Positions 52,020-64,000 of a DNA stretch of 64,000 nucleotides are shown in pieces. Each line of letters starts with the position of its first letter. Position 1 is the first letter of the stretch. Source of the DNA: Eledone cirrhosa (taxonomy: Eukaryota); contig OZ024742.1 in NCBI GenBank assembly GCA_964016885.1, positions 159,898,001-159,962,000 on the forward strand. Direction: 5' to 3'. The notes beneath the pieces are model-generated. The model did no database searches. It saw only the letters and a program-made list of their open reading frames with translations, and was not told the origin of the DNA. The position numbers and the translations under genes are program-made.

Positions 52020-54945
52020 ATTCACCTTATCGAGTCTCAAACAGGTCATTTATGGTGGACACAGGGTCTAGTTGCAGTATTTGGCCGTTACGGTTCAGCT
52101 CTACCAAGCCAAATTTTTCCGGCATTTCTTTATATGCGGTGAACCAGTCTCTGATCAAAACCTATGGTCAAATATCTTTATCGTCGAGATTTTAAATGGA
52201 TTTTCGTCATTGCGGACCTACCTCATCCTATTCTCGGTGCCAATTTTTTACACCAGTATTCACTTTTGGTAGATGTCAGGAGACAGAAACTTGTGGATGG
52301 TACCACATCCTTATCTACACATGCTCGTAGGTCTACTGCTGCTGTTGACAGTCCCTCGTTTTTTATAGCTACCTCTGGAAACCAGTTTCATTCACTTCTT
52401 GCCTCGTTTCCCGAGTTAACGGACATCTCATTTAAACATAATCAGGTAGTCCACTCGACACTTTATTACAACAACTAGCCCGCTTGTTTTCTCTCGTCCA
52501 CCAAGATTGGCTCCAGATAGACTAAAGAAAGCCAGAGATGAGTTCGAGCACATGCTTCCGCTCGGTCGTATTCGACCTTCCACCAGTCCATGGGCATCTC
52601 CGCTTCACTTGGCTCGAAAGGGTGAATTGGATTTTAGGCCGGTGGGAGATTATCGAAGCCTTAATGCCATCACTACACCTGATCGTTATCCTTTACCAAA
52701 TTGACAGGATTTTTCATCCGTTCTGAATGGATGCAAGATATTTTCTAAAATAGATCTGGTACGGGCTTACCATCAAATACCCATGAATCCAGAAGACATA
52801 CCAAAACAGCTGTGACCACCCCCTTTGGTTCGTTTGAATTTCTGTCCATGCCTTTTGATTTGCGAAATGCCTCTAGCACGTTCCAGCGTTTTATCGATGA
52901 AGTCACGCGTGGATTGGATTTCGTGTTTGCTTACGTGGATGACCTCCTGATAGCCAGTGATTCAGCTGAACATCATCAGCAACATCTATCCCAGTTATTT
53001 CAACGTCTTCAATCGTACCAAGTCAGAATCAACCCAGCTAAATGTGTGTTTGGTACAGCGTCACTGGAATTCCTTGGACATCTTATAGATTCGGAAGGCA
53101 TTCGACCTCTGCCATCTAAGGTAGAAGCGATTCAGTGTATCGCAACCCCCACCTCCCTGAAACAATTACGTCATTTCTTGGGATTAATTAACTTATATCG
53201 TCGTTTTATTCCCAATTGTGCTGAAAAGAGTTATTCCCCTTGTCACAGCTTTTAAAGGATGCGAAAAAGAAAGATGCACCCATTGCACTTTCTGCCAATA
53301 ATTTGCAATCGTTTGAATCCGTCAAGTCCGAAATAGCTGAAGTTTCTTTCCTCGCCCATCCTGTTGCAAATGCGAGGCTTTCTTTAACTGTTGATGCGTC
53401 CGATCATGCTGTTGGAGCAGTTTTGCAACATACGATCAACCACCAGCTTCAACCACTGGCATTTTTCTCATGCCAACTTAAACCAACGGACCATAAACCG
53501 CTAACATTCGCTCTCCAATCCAAGTCCGACAGGTACTCTCCGAGGGTATATAGGCATTTGGATCTCATCTCCCAGTACACCAGTGACATTCGTCATATAG
53601 CCGGAGCTGCCAACAAGCCCGCGGACGCACTGTCTCGACTTTCTGTGTGTTCTCTTGCGTCTCCTGCACATATCGATTTGGTTGCCATGGCAACTGACCA
53701 ACCTACTTTGGATTCGTTGGACATTTCATCTGACCAGTTATCCTGCTGCAAATTGGAATATTTTCCTCTTCCATCTTCTGAAGGGAAAATTCTCTGCGAT
53801 ATTTCTACTGGCTCACCCAAACCGCTTGTTCCAGATTGCCAACAACATACCGTTTTTGATGCACTTCATTCCTTGTCGTATCCCGGCATAGCTGCCACGG
53901 TGAAGCTCATCACGGCCCGATTTTTCTGGCCTAATATGCGTCGTTTAATCACCGGTTGGGCATGTTCTTGTTTGAAGTGTCAGCGCTCCAAGATTTATCG
54001 GCATGTTCGCGGTCCTCTGGGTAAATTCAGCCCGCCGGACGCCCGTTTCCGTCACATTCACATGGATATTGTTGGTCTATGGCCCGTTAGTCGTGGGTTC
54101 GCATATATATTGACCTCTATTGATCGTTTCTCAATGGCCTGAAGCCATACCCCTAGTGGACATAACAGCTGAGTCCGTTGCCCGAGCTTTCATTTCCGAT
54201 TGGGTTGTTCGCTTTGGTGTTCCTTCTAAAAAAACCACAGATCGCGGACGACAGTTCGAAGCTTCCTTATTTTGTGAAATATCACGACCAGCTATCACCC
54301 AGCCTCCAACAGAATGGTGGAGAGGTTTCACATACAGTTGAAAGCTGCACTCCGCGCTACTCCTGATCCGCAACATTGGACCGAATATTTGCCAATCGTG
54401 CTTCTTGGTTGTTGTTCTGCCATTAAGACAGATTTGGGTCTCTCCTCAGCTGAACTTCTTTATGGTACCACCTTGACTCTTCCCGGTCAAATGTTAGCAC
54501 CGGTTGATTCATCGCATCTTGATCCAACATCATATGTCACTAGGATTCGTTCTTCTCGGATCTTCCACCAATGAACCCTCGTGACCAGTCTATTTCTTCT
54601 GCTGTTCCATCGGATATCTCTATGTGGACACACATTTTTATACGGAATGATTCCGTCAAGGGACCGCTTAAGTCACCCTATAATAGACCTTTTCATGTGC
54701 TTTCGCCCACACCAAAACATTTCACAGTGGCTGTCAATGGTCGAAAAGAGACAATATCCATTGACAGAGCAAAGGGGGCTTTCTCTGAAAGTCTCATTAC
54801 GATGCCTGATACACCTCGTACATTCACTACCACACCAACGCCTTCACCTCCACCGCAAACACCATATACCACACAACCTTATGTCACACGAGGTGGCAGG
54901 ACAGTAAAATGGCCACGTAAACTGTCAAAAACTATATACATTTAA
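52020..54945 (+). pseudogene. Gypsy pol: protease, RT, RNase H and integrase (disrupted)
   Basis: VDTGS, SPWASPLH, DYRSLN, MPFDLRNA, YVDD, DAS..AVGAVL, TDHKPL, ADALSR, HIHMDIVG, TTDRGRQF, VERFH. Confidence 0.92.
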
Positions 54946-55722
54946 CCCCTAGTGGCATTAACAAACTTTTTTTTTCAGTTTCAGATAGAATTAGTGTCAG
55001 AAAAGTCTGTACACTGGTGATGTATGAACTATTTGATTTTGAGGAAACTTTGAACTTACCATTGAGCATTAATTTTTCTTTCCTCCTTTATGTTAACTTT
55101 GAATTATCAGTTTTGTTACATTTACATTTTTTCTTTGTAAAATGCATTTACTTGTTTTGTGCTTTTTTGCTATTTGCTTCAGTTGCGAGCTCATGTTTTA
55201 TTCATGCATTTTCTTGTACCTTTGCTTTGCTCCTCATTTCTTACGGGTTCTCGTTACAATGACCTTCGGTTGGTTATTCGACTTCTCGTCCGAGAGGGGA
55301 GTCTTGTAGCGCTCTCTAGACAAAGGGAAGTAGCTAGAGTTACTTCCCGTAGAATTTCTAGAATACCCCTTGAACTTCCGTTCCAGAGATTATAAAAGAA
55401 AGAGCAAAGGACAATCTATCTCTCTTTACCAACCGGTTCTAGAACTGACCACACCAAGCACAGAGATGTTAGCTTTTTCTAATCCTATCTTATACCTCAG
55501 GATTACACCACATCATGGCACGAGGTACGTTTTACTACCAAAATTGTAACAAGCTACTTCAATAAATACAAGTCGTTCTTGATACTCGTTTCTGAAATAT
55601 TCGTCATGTTTCAATTACTACATCGTCATCTCTTTTACATCTTCTAAACAAATTAAATTAGTGGTTGACATGTAGTGGTGTTTACTGGAGTAGATAACCC
55701 TATGGCTAATTCACTAAAAGTT

Positions 55723-55770
55723 CATAGCTGTTGAATAATGGCTATCACTGAAATATATATATATAGTAGT
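55723..55770 (+). ncRNA. 3' half of a hammerhead whose 5' half lies at 50425-50439
   Basis: Rejoined across the TSD: ACTGC-CTGATGA-GTTcATAGCTGTT gaat AATGGCTATcACT-GAAA-TATATATATA-TA-GTAGT. Confidence 0.75.
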
Positions 55771-55815
55771 GGATGTGAATAAACGAAGCTAATTTTACCC
55801 TGTTGACTTAAACTT

Positions 55816-55851
<36 letters not shown>

Positions 55852-56069
55852 GGCTTCTCCCTCGTTATTGAGTATGGCCATTGCACGATATACCATTATT
55901 AATTAATTCTATCGTGCAATGCCTGTGCGTGAAGATATTTTTTAAAGTGAGGAAAGACTGTGCACTGAGCCAATCCCACTCTCTGAACGACAGTAGCTAT
56001 AACCCGAAAAGAAGAAAAGATTAACATCATAGGTAACTACTGGGTCGCAGGTTTTATATTGGAGTTATC

Positions 56070-56372
56070 CCAGTTTCCTGAGTTGCCTTCTCCTAGAAGA
56101 ATGCCCTGACAAAGGCTAGGGGTCCGTCACTCCCCGTGGTTTAACCGCGCAGTACATGAGTATATACATATTTACACCCTGTTTAATGGCTGCTGAATAT
56201 ATGAGTTCATCCGCCCTTTGTTAGGTTTTGTTTTTTGTCCTGCAGGGTGTCCAAAATCACCCTCCTCCCAAGTAAACTTGGTGGGGTTGCCTGTTTAGTC
56301 GCCGACAACCTGACTATGCGACAGGTTGTACTGGGTTACATGTTACCAGTAGCACTCAAGAGTGACCCGGCA
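56070..56372 (-). mobile_element. Interspersed repeat related to 4165-4437
   Basis: Shares sequence blocks with 4165-4437. Confidence 0.55.
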
Positions 56373-56779
56373 TAATATATATATATATATAAACATACAC
56401 ATATACACACATATATATACTGATATATATATAGAGAGACACGCACACACATATATATATAGAGAGAGACACACACACATATATATATATATATTTATAT
56501 ATAGAGAGAGACACACACACATATATATATATTTATATATATATAGACACACACACACGCACACACATATATATATATACACACAATCAATTAGTGGTCA
56601 GTTCTTCTCTAGGGAGTGGCTAAAACAATTTTTGTACAAGTTGAAAACAACATGTACAGTATGTGTATAATTGTGCTTGTGTGTATATATAAATCTATAT
56701 ATATACACATGTACAAGCACACACATACACACTCTTCCATATATATATATTGAGTGAGTGTGAAGGATAGAAGCTCGTT

Positions 56780-56962
56780 GATTGGCAGTATCAGTAGAGG
56801 GTCAAACGCCATGCTTTGACGCATAGAGTTACGGCCCTTTCCATTCTGAGTTCAAATCCCGCCAAGGTTGACTTTGCCTTTCATCCTTACGGAGTCGATA
56901 AAATAAAGTACCAGTAATACACTGGGTAATTGCTGGCCTTGTGCCGAAAGTAGAAACAATTG
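56780..56962 (+). mobile_element. SINE family A copy
   Basis: High identity to 2915-3097. Confidence 0.8.
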
Positions 56963-57701
56963 TTGCCAGTTGGATAAGGTAAGATATTCATATTTTTACT
57001 TTAAAGTTTATGTGCCATAAATTGGTATACCTCTACAACACAAGATATTTTAACAATTTTTAATACAATTTTCACTTGAATAAGAACGTGTCAATTAGAG
57101 AGTATGGGGCAACCTGCACTCGAGGGAAACTTTCAACTCTCTCTCTCTGATATTTCTGATCAATTTTCTAGGTGCCGCTTACTTTCTGCTAGCATAAAGT
57201 TCTCGGGGGACTGGATTTCTTAAAGGAAATTATTGGGGAAGATAGAGTAGAAAAGGAAGAGAGAAAGAAGGGGAGAGGGAGGGAGAGAGAGAGAGATTTA
57301 GGGGTTGGAGAAATGGGAGAGAGTGGTTTGAAGAATACAGATAGCTTAATCAAAATGTTGTGGTAAGGGTTTTATTATACTGTTTACTCTCAAAGTGACA
57401 ACCTTAGGTTTTGTGTTGATTTAGCCAAGTTTGGAATTATTTATTGCCACAGAGAACAGGTTCATAGATGTGGAGAGGGGGGGAGGTAGACCGAGGGAGA
57501 GAGAGAGAGAGAGAGACGAAAGCTACGAGATGGGGATACATCGAGTTCATAGTTGTAGTCTACAAATCGCACTCAAGTATCCATTTATAATGATAAGCAG
57601 GGTATTGTTTTGTAGTGTGGGGGTGGGGGATATATTTAGGAAGTAGTTATTGAGAGAAATTAGTTAGCGAGAAAGCGATGTTGTAGTCTTGGGTTCGAAT
57701 G

Positions 57702-59515
57702 TTAAATTATTTTATAGTGAGAGAATTTAACCTTCAGTTTGTGGTTGCAGTATAACGATCGTTCGATTCTGTCATTTAGTAATTTGTTTCTGGATTTTAA
57801 GATATAAACGAGTTCAAGGTTGCATAATCTGCAATACTTCAATCCACTCCAATATGCACTAGCGCTGGATAGTTTATCCCATTTCAAGGTGAACTGCCGG
57901 TTGCATTCTCGGAGTTGCCACAAGACAGTGTTTAGGATGTTTAATCGAAAATCAATGACGATACCACCGAGATTTAAAGGAGGTAGTGGTAGACCCGATG
58001 TAATACCATTTCTGGTCGTTCGATTCGACAGTGCATTGATAAACAATCTTGGACTCTAGGCATTTATTCTTCAATGGGCATCTTTCGGGTAGGTGGCAGT
58101 TGCAGTTTTTGTTGTGGGTGGCAGGTACACCATGGATAGGTTGGGGATACCAGTTCAGGTGGGTTGTGTAATACCCGTCTCCCCTTTGGTGGTTGGGAGG
58201 CCGATACTACGTTATGCTCATCTGTTACTAAAACATTTTGTTTTGTAGTGTTGTTTAATAATTGCTTTAAGTTAAGTTTTTTTTATGTATGCTTCAAGGT
58301 TTGGTACAGTGGAGTATGATAGCTTAATAGTCCTAGAGTTTAGAATCTTACTGTATTTATGGGAACTAGGGAAATGCTTGTTAATTAACTTAAAGAATGA
58401 AAGAGATAGTTTTGTACTAATCGAAGTATTAAAAATGGAATTATACCAGATATACTTTCTATAACGTAATTTATTTGAGTTTAGTGATGATTTTCTATTA
58501 TTAGTATGTCTGGTGATACTGCGTGTGTGCGCTTGTATTTCTGTACCCCAATTACATATTCTTTGATTTCGTGTGTAGCTATGTGTGTTATGGAGATTCT
58601 TATCAATGTATTCTATTTTATCCAGGTGGTCTGCATTCCTTAATGCATTATTATAGTATTCAGCATGTTCACTGAAAATCTCAGAGTTATACGATAGGCG
58701 AGAGATTCTAAGAGAAATACTACGGGGAACCGATTTGATCATGGAAAGTGGGTGGTTTGAGTTAAAATTGATATAGGTAAGGTTCTAATTTATCTTGTGA
58801 AAGGGTCGTATCAGTCTGGTATTTAAATTAAGAGTTACGTCTAGAAAATTTACCATTTTAAGATTGTATTCATACGTTATTTTTAGACCCAGTTCACTAA
58901 AAGGTTTTCTAATGTTTTTCCGTAGCCTTCCAAGATTTTGGTTATTTAAGTTATTAACTAATAATCTCTATATATTCCCCCATGTAGATTACTAAATGTT
59001 CCCTGTAGTATGTGGGCTATGTAGATTCCCACAAGATCCGTGACCTCCGATGAGTTGTTGGAGCCCATGGTAATGTCGAAGTTTGTGGGTATGCCCTTAC
59101 GTTCCCAGTACCAGTTATCAAACTTGATAATAGTTTTCCTAGCCTCTAGAATAATATTAATTTCGTCTCCGTTAGGTCGGAATTGACTTTGGCAAACGAT
59201 AGGGCCTTACGTAAAGTGATGGGTGAGATTGAAGATTAGTATTCGTCTATGTCAAATTGTATAAACTTAGACTTATTCTTGTTCTTAACGTTATTAAACC
59301 AGCGAATTGCTTCGCTAGTGTTGCCCCATAATTTAATTTCTATTTTCTTTTTCACTTGAGTTATTACTCTGTCAAGTATATGTTTGTTAATTTTTCCTAT
59401 GTCTGATTTAGATGGGCATATCAGTGTAATCTTAGGGTTAGAGTCAAAATTTACCTTATAGTCCTTCAGGTTAAAGGTGGGGGTTGCGGGTATAATCGGC
59501 TCGGGTCTATCTTGA
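57702..59515 (-). pseudogene. Decayed Penelope-like element (RT plus GIY-YIG)
   Basis: FNLKDYK..F...PKITLICPSKSDIGK, FIQFDI, MGSN.S, FLDVTLNL, ISLRISRLS, TIKLSYST, CRLCNLE; parallels the PLE1 ORF. Confidence 0.85.
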
Positions 59516-59763
59516 GATTCTTCACTACTTTGTATGCTTCGTTGTTACTGTTCGTTAGTTTAGTTTCACTCGTTTTTCTATATTTCTTATGTAGTTCTTT
59601 GCGTATGAACCTGTTGTATATATCGATATCCATGGTATACACGTTAGAGGTCTATTGTAATATATTCATGTGTAGGACATCCATGAAAAGGTATTGCAAT
59701 AGAAAAACTATGGAAAATCATTTGCACTTTTTATCTACAATATATATATATATATATATAAAT

Positions 59764-59819
59764 AATGTAAGTATGTATGTATACGTACATACATATATGT
59801 ATACAGACGTACACTAGCA

Positions 59820-59864
<45 letters not shown>

Positions 59865-60182
59865 GTACACATACATATATGCACGTATCAGTTTAGCGGA
59901 CGCTTATTATAAAGCCGCTTTGTTCGTTTGTAAACAAACTGAACAGCCTGAATTTATGCCATACGTTCAACTACCTGGTAGAAGGGTATACGGTGCTGAT
60001 GATAGCTAACAAGCTTGAAACTAGTACATCGTTCCTGTGTCAGTGTTGAACAAAAAGGTCACGTGGTTGCCTTAACACCGTATGGCATAAATTCAGGCTG
60101 TTCAGTTTGTTTAAAAACGAACAAAGCGGCGTTATAATAAGCGTCCGCTAAACTGATACGTGCATATATGTATGTGTACCTG

Positions 60183-60268
<86 letters not shown>

Positions 60269-60378
60269 TGCTACTGTACGTCTGTATACATATATGTATG
60301 TACGTATACATACATACTTACATTTAAGTAAGTGCCGTACTAAGAGTGAGAAATGAAATTTCGTTTTCATTTTATTTC
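59764..60378 (+). mobile_element. Fold-back hammerhead element related to 28319-29650
   Basis: Arms 59764-59965 and 60079-60325 are inverted; the tail GTACTAAGAGTGAGAAATGAAATTTCGTTT is shared with the 28.3 kb element. Confidence 0.8.
59992..60030 (+). ncRNA. Minimal type I hammerhead ribozyme
   Basis: GGTG-CTGATGA-tAGCT aaca AGCTt-GAAA-CTAG-TA-CATC. Confidence 0.8.
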
Positions 60379-60422
60379 AACTTATATATAAATATATATA
60401 TATATATATATACATATATATA

Positions 60423-60486
<64 letters not shown>

Positions 60487-60557
60487 CATATATATACGCA
60501 CATATATATATATATATACACATATATATATATATATACACATATATATATATATAT

Positions 60558-60614
<57 letters not shown>

Positions 60615-61310
60615 AAGGCGCATGGCTTAGTGGTTAGAGCATTGGGCTTGCAATCGAAAGGTTGAGTTCATTTCTCGGACCGGGTGATGTGTTGTTTCCT
60701 TGAGCAAGACACTTTATTTCACGTTGCTCCAGTTTACTCAGCTGTAGAAATGAGTTGCGACGTCACTGGTGCCAAGCTGTATCGGCCATTGCCTTTCCCT
60801 TGGACCTCAATGGTGGCGTGGAGAGGGGAGACTGGTATGCATGGGCGACTATTGGTCTTCCACAAACAACCTTGCCTGGACTTGTGCCTCGGGGGAAAAC
60901 TTTCTATGTCAAATCCCATGGTCATTCGAGATTGAAGGGGGGCTTTACCCTTTTTTACCTATATATATATACATTGGCCTTGCAATCGAAAGGTTGTGAG
61001 TTCAATTCTCAGACCGGGTGATGTGTGTTTCCTTGAGCAAGACACTTTATTTCACATTGCTCCAGTTTACTCAGCTGTAGAAGTCCCTATCATTCCACTG
61101 CAAAGTGGTCGTGGAGGTGCCACGGCAAAAAAGCACCCAGCCCACACTGTAAAGTGGTCGTGGGAGCGCCACGGAAAAAAAGCACCCAGCACTCACTGTA
61201 AATGAGGTTGGTGTTAGGAAGGGCATCCAGCTGTAGAAATCAAGCCAGAATCAGTTCCCATCCCACTCTTGCAAGCAGGGAAAAGCGGATGTAAAATGAT
61301 GATATGATGA
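60615..61310 (+). mobile_element. Two adjacent SINE family B copies with different 3' parts
   Basis: 60615-60950 and 60972-61310 share the head and CORE-like block, then diverge after CAGCTGTAGAA. Confidence 0.75.
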
Positions 61311-61384
61311 TAAAAAAAATATATATACTATATAGAAATGGCTTCTACAGGACTAGAACTGTGTTTCATTTGAAGGAAATCATC

Positions 61385-61419
<35 letters not shown>

Positions 61420-62213
61420 GAGTTACTAATTTGGAACTTCTATGAAAATTATAAGAATTTTTATAATTTGATTGAAATTTCTATATATTGTTTACAATTA
61501 TTGAAATATATATGGAATTAAATATTCCTAATAAGTTTTATTCTTTTTCTATATACTTTTACTTTTATTGCATTTTTCAAAAATTTTACATTTTTAGCAT
61601 TTTATTCACATAAAGGTTGAAATATTGTAATATATTCATGTGTAGGACACCCATGAAAAGGTATTGCAATAGAAAAACTATGGAAAATCAGATTTGCACT
61701 TTTTATCTACAAATGCAGATATCAAAGATATATAGAGTAGAAATAATTGTTTCTACTTTTGGCACAAGGCCAACAATTACCTCAGTGCATTACTGGTACT
61801 TCATTTTATCGACCCCGCAAAGATGAAAGGCACAGACACCAAAGATTTAAAATATTTTGTTTTGAGAATTATTGCTCATAGATAAGCCATTTCTTGAACA
61901 AAAAAAGTCGAAAGAGATAATGTTCCAAATTTTGTTTTTTGATATCACTTGCATAACAAATGATAATATAAGGTTGTGAGGATGAATATTAATATTTGTC
62001 TGGTTTAATTTATATCAACCATTCAACCAACATGGTTAAACAGTAACTAAAATATTATTTTTAAAATATATATTAGTAGTATATTTATCCTAGTAATCCT
62101 AGTAATGTACTAGTAATTACATATTAAAAAATTGTGTATATTCATTTTACCCAATGTGGGGTATTTTTAATTAAGTTTTAACCTTGAATATCTAGAATAT
62201 TACCTCTACCAAC

Positions 62214-64000
62214 ATGGAAAATAAAAAGCATAAATCTGGATCACTGAAATGTAAAGAGCGACATGAAGCAGAAAGGCAGGAGTCAGCCAAGCGGTGCAGG
62301 TCTATTACAGATTTTATAATACTGCAACCACCATCCACATCAATGTCCAGTTCTGCAACAAATAATCGAGAAACAAGAAAGAAGACTCATGGTGATGATG
62401 CAATGACATGTCAGTTGCAAGAACAGGGAAGAGTTACTTTAGATGTAGAGACAAATACAAGTACATCCTTTTCTAATCAACCCAGGCCCAGTACTATTTC
62501 TGGCTTCATTGTTCCAGTGTCTGTACTACCTGTAGTTGCAACATCTGAGTACATAGCTTTAACTAGTGACGGGCAATCAGATATTACTTCAGACATAAAT
62601 GACTTGGTTTCTAAAGCACATTCTGTAAATGAACTTTTACAAAAAAATGCAAGATCTGCAACTGGAATCTTCCAACGTCTATCACGATCAAATCTGAAAC
62701 AGTTTTTTGCTGAACATCCATGTCAGCCACTTGATGGCTTACCATTTGATGCTCGTTTGTATGAGAGGAAAATCACGAATGACTCAGTCCCAAGAAAATG
62801 GCTTACATATAACAAAGAAAATAGGTGCTTATATTATTCATACTGCTTGAGTCTCCCAACCCTTGTAATCTATCATCCATTGTATGTGGCTTTAATGATT
62901 ACAGGCGTGTTAACCAAAGCTTGGCTTTACACAAATTTACAACACATATCAAAAAGGCTCAGCAATATATCAGTGTCGTTAATGATGGCACCTTAGGTAA
63001 TTTTTTTGCAGCATCACTAATTAAAAGGAAAGAAGAAGTATTGAAGCAGAGAAGTATTGTCATGATAATTATATAGACATAAAGATGTTAAGCAAGCACT
63101 TCCTTTTTGAGGTCACAGAAATGAATCAGCCTACGCTCTGGATAATGAGGTTTTGAACCATGGCAATTTTTTAGCTACAGTGCTGTTGATGGCAAAATAT
63201 GACACTATTATGGCAGCTCACATTTCTGAAGTGCAAAACAAGTCTGGACAAAGAATCAAACGATTAGAACAACAAGGAAAGGCTCAAAGTAAAGGTTGTG
63301 GTGGACTTGTTACATACTTGAGCAAAACAACTATTAACATGTTAATCCAAATTATGAAGAATATGATACAAGAAAGAATTGGTCATAAAGTTTCTCAAGC
63401 AATATATTATTCTACTCAGGTTGATTCAACACAAGATAATTCATCAATCAATCAGTTTAGCATTGTTATTCGATATGTGCTTAAAGGTGTTATCTGTGAG
63501 CGACTACTTTCAGTTGTGCCAAGTAATGATTGTACAGGACAGGGACTTTGTGATCTGTTGACTGTAACGCCTTTTAAAATTGACCCCAAAAAATGTTTAT
63601 GTAATAGCACAGATGGTGCTGCAAGCTACCATGGGCAGTATAATGGTTTACAAAGTAAAATCGCTGATGTGGCAGATCAACATGTTCATATATGCTGTTA
63701 TGCCCATGTCTTGAATTTAGTGATAACTGAAACAACAAAATGTTGTGTACCTGAAGTTTCTTTTTTTAATTTGCACCAGAATTTAGCAACTTTTGTAAAG
63801 GCATAATTCAAGAGAATGGCTGTATGGATAGAAGTTGTTGGAAAACATCTAGGATAAGAAAAAATAAAACAATTAAAACTAATTTGTGAGACCAGATGGT
63901 CAGGAAAATCCAATGCAGCAACAACTATATTTGGACGTTTTCATGATGCCATTGTCAGTACTTTTGTAAGTCTATTGACATGCTTATCAATGATACAAGA
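62214..64000 (+). pseudogene. hAT-superfamily (ZMYM1/DUF4371-like) transposase, disrupted, running off the window
   Basis: RKWLTY...LY.SYC, GH..E...NHGNFL, VDSTQD.S.INQ..IVIRYV, TDGAA..G.YNGL, H..CYAHVLNL, CETRW; stops and frameshifts present. Confidence 0.85.

Larger units (their letters stand above)
50440..55718 (+). mobile_element. Gypsy/Ty3 LTR retrotransposon, full length, frameshifted
   Basis: 414 bp LTRs at 50440-50853 and 55305-55718 (TGTAGC...CTAAA, about 8 differences seen), AGTT TSD, PBS TGGTGACCTGACATGAT, PPT GAGAGGGGAG. Confidence 0.95.

Noticed and set aside
60620-60685. tRNA-like sequence
   Set aside because: It is a SINE head with A/B-box remnants that runs into the CORE-like block; it is not a complete cloverleaf.
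62214-63806. Possible domesticated ZMYM1-like host gene
   Set aside because: Multiple frameshifts and stops fall within conserved motifs and there is no evident intron structure; treated as a dead hAT copy.

Overview
This is an AT-rich, microsatellite-dense animal genomic window, most likely from an octopod cephalopod. That assignment is an inference from the repeat landscape: RTE LINEs with (GAT)n tails, tRNA-headed CORE-type SINEs, Penelope-like elements (PLEs) and very long (TA)n/(CA)n tracts. Only one intact host gene is visible, a class A peptide-receptor-like GPCR ORF (37039-38340). The rest is nested mobile DNA: four PLE copies, RTE and CR1-type LINEs, a full Gypsy LTR element, a non-coding LTR element with matching termini and PBS, mariner, Tigger-like and hAT DNA transposon remnants, Helitron-like elements and SINEs. 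The main unexplained layer is about 15 type-I hammerhead-ribozyme motifs (canonical, variant-core or decayed) from several sequence families. They sit mostly in non-coding fold-back or tandem elements that share the PLE architecture: an inverted arm, an extra tail on one arm, and (TA)n flanks. This resembles a retrozyme-like non-autonomous PLE system. One hammerhead is split at its core by the Gypsy insertion. All structures were read by eye and coordinates of decayed repeats are approximate.
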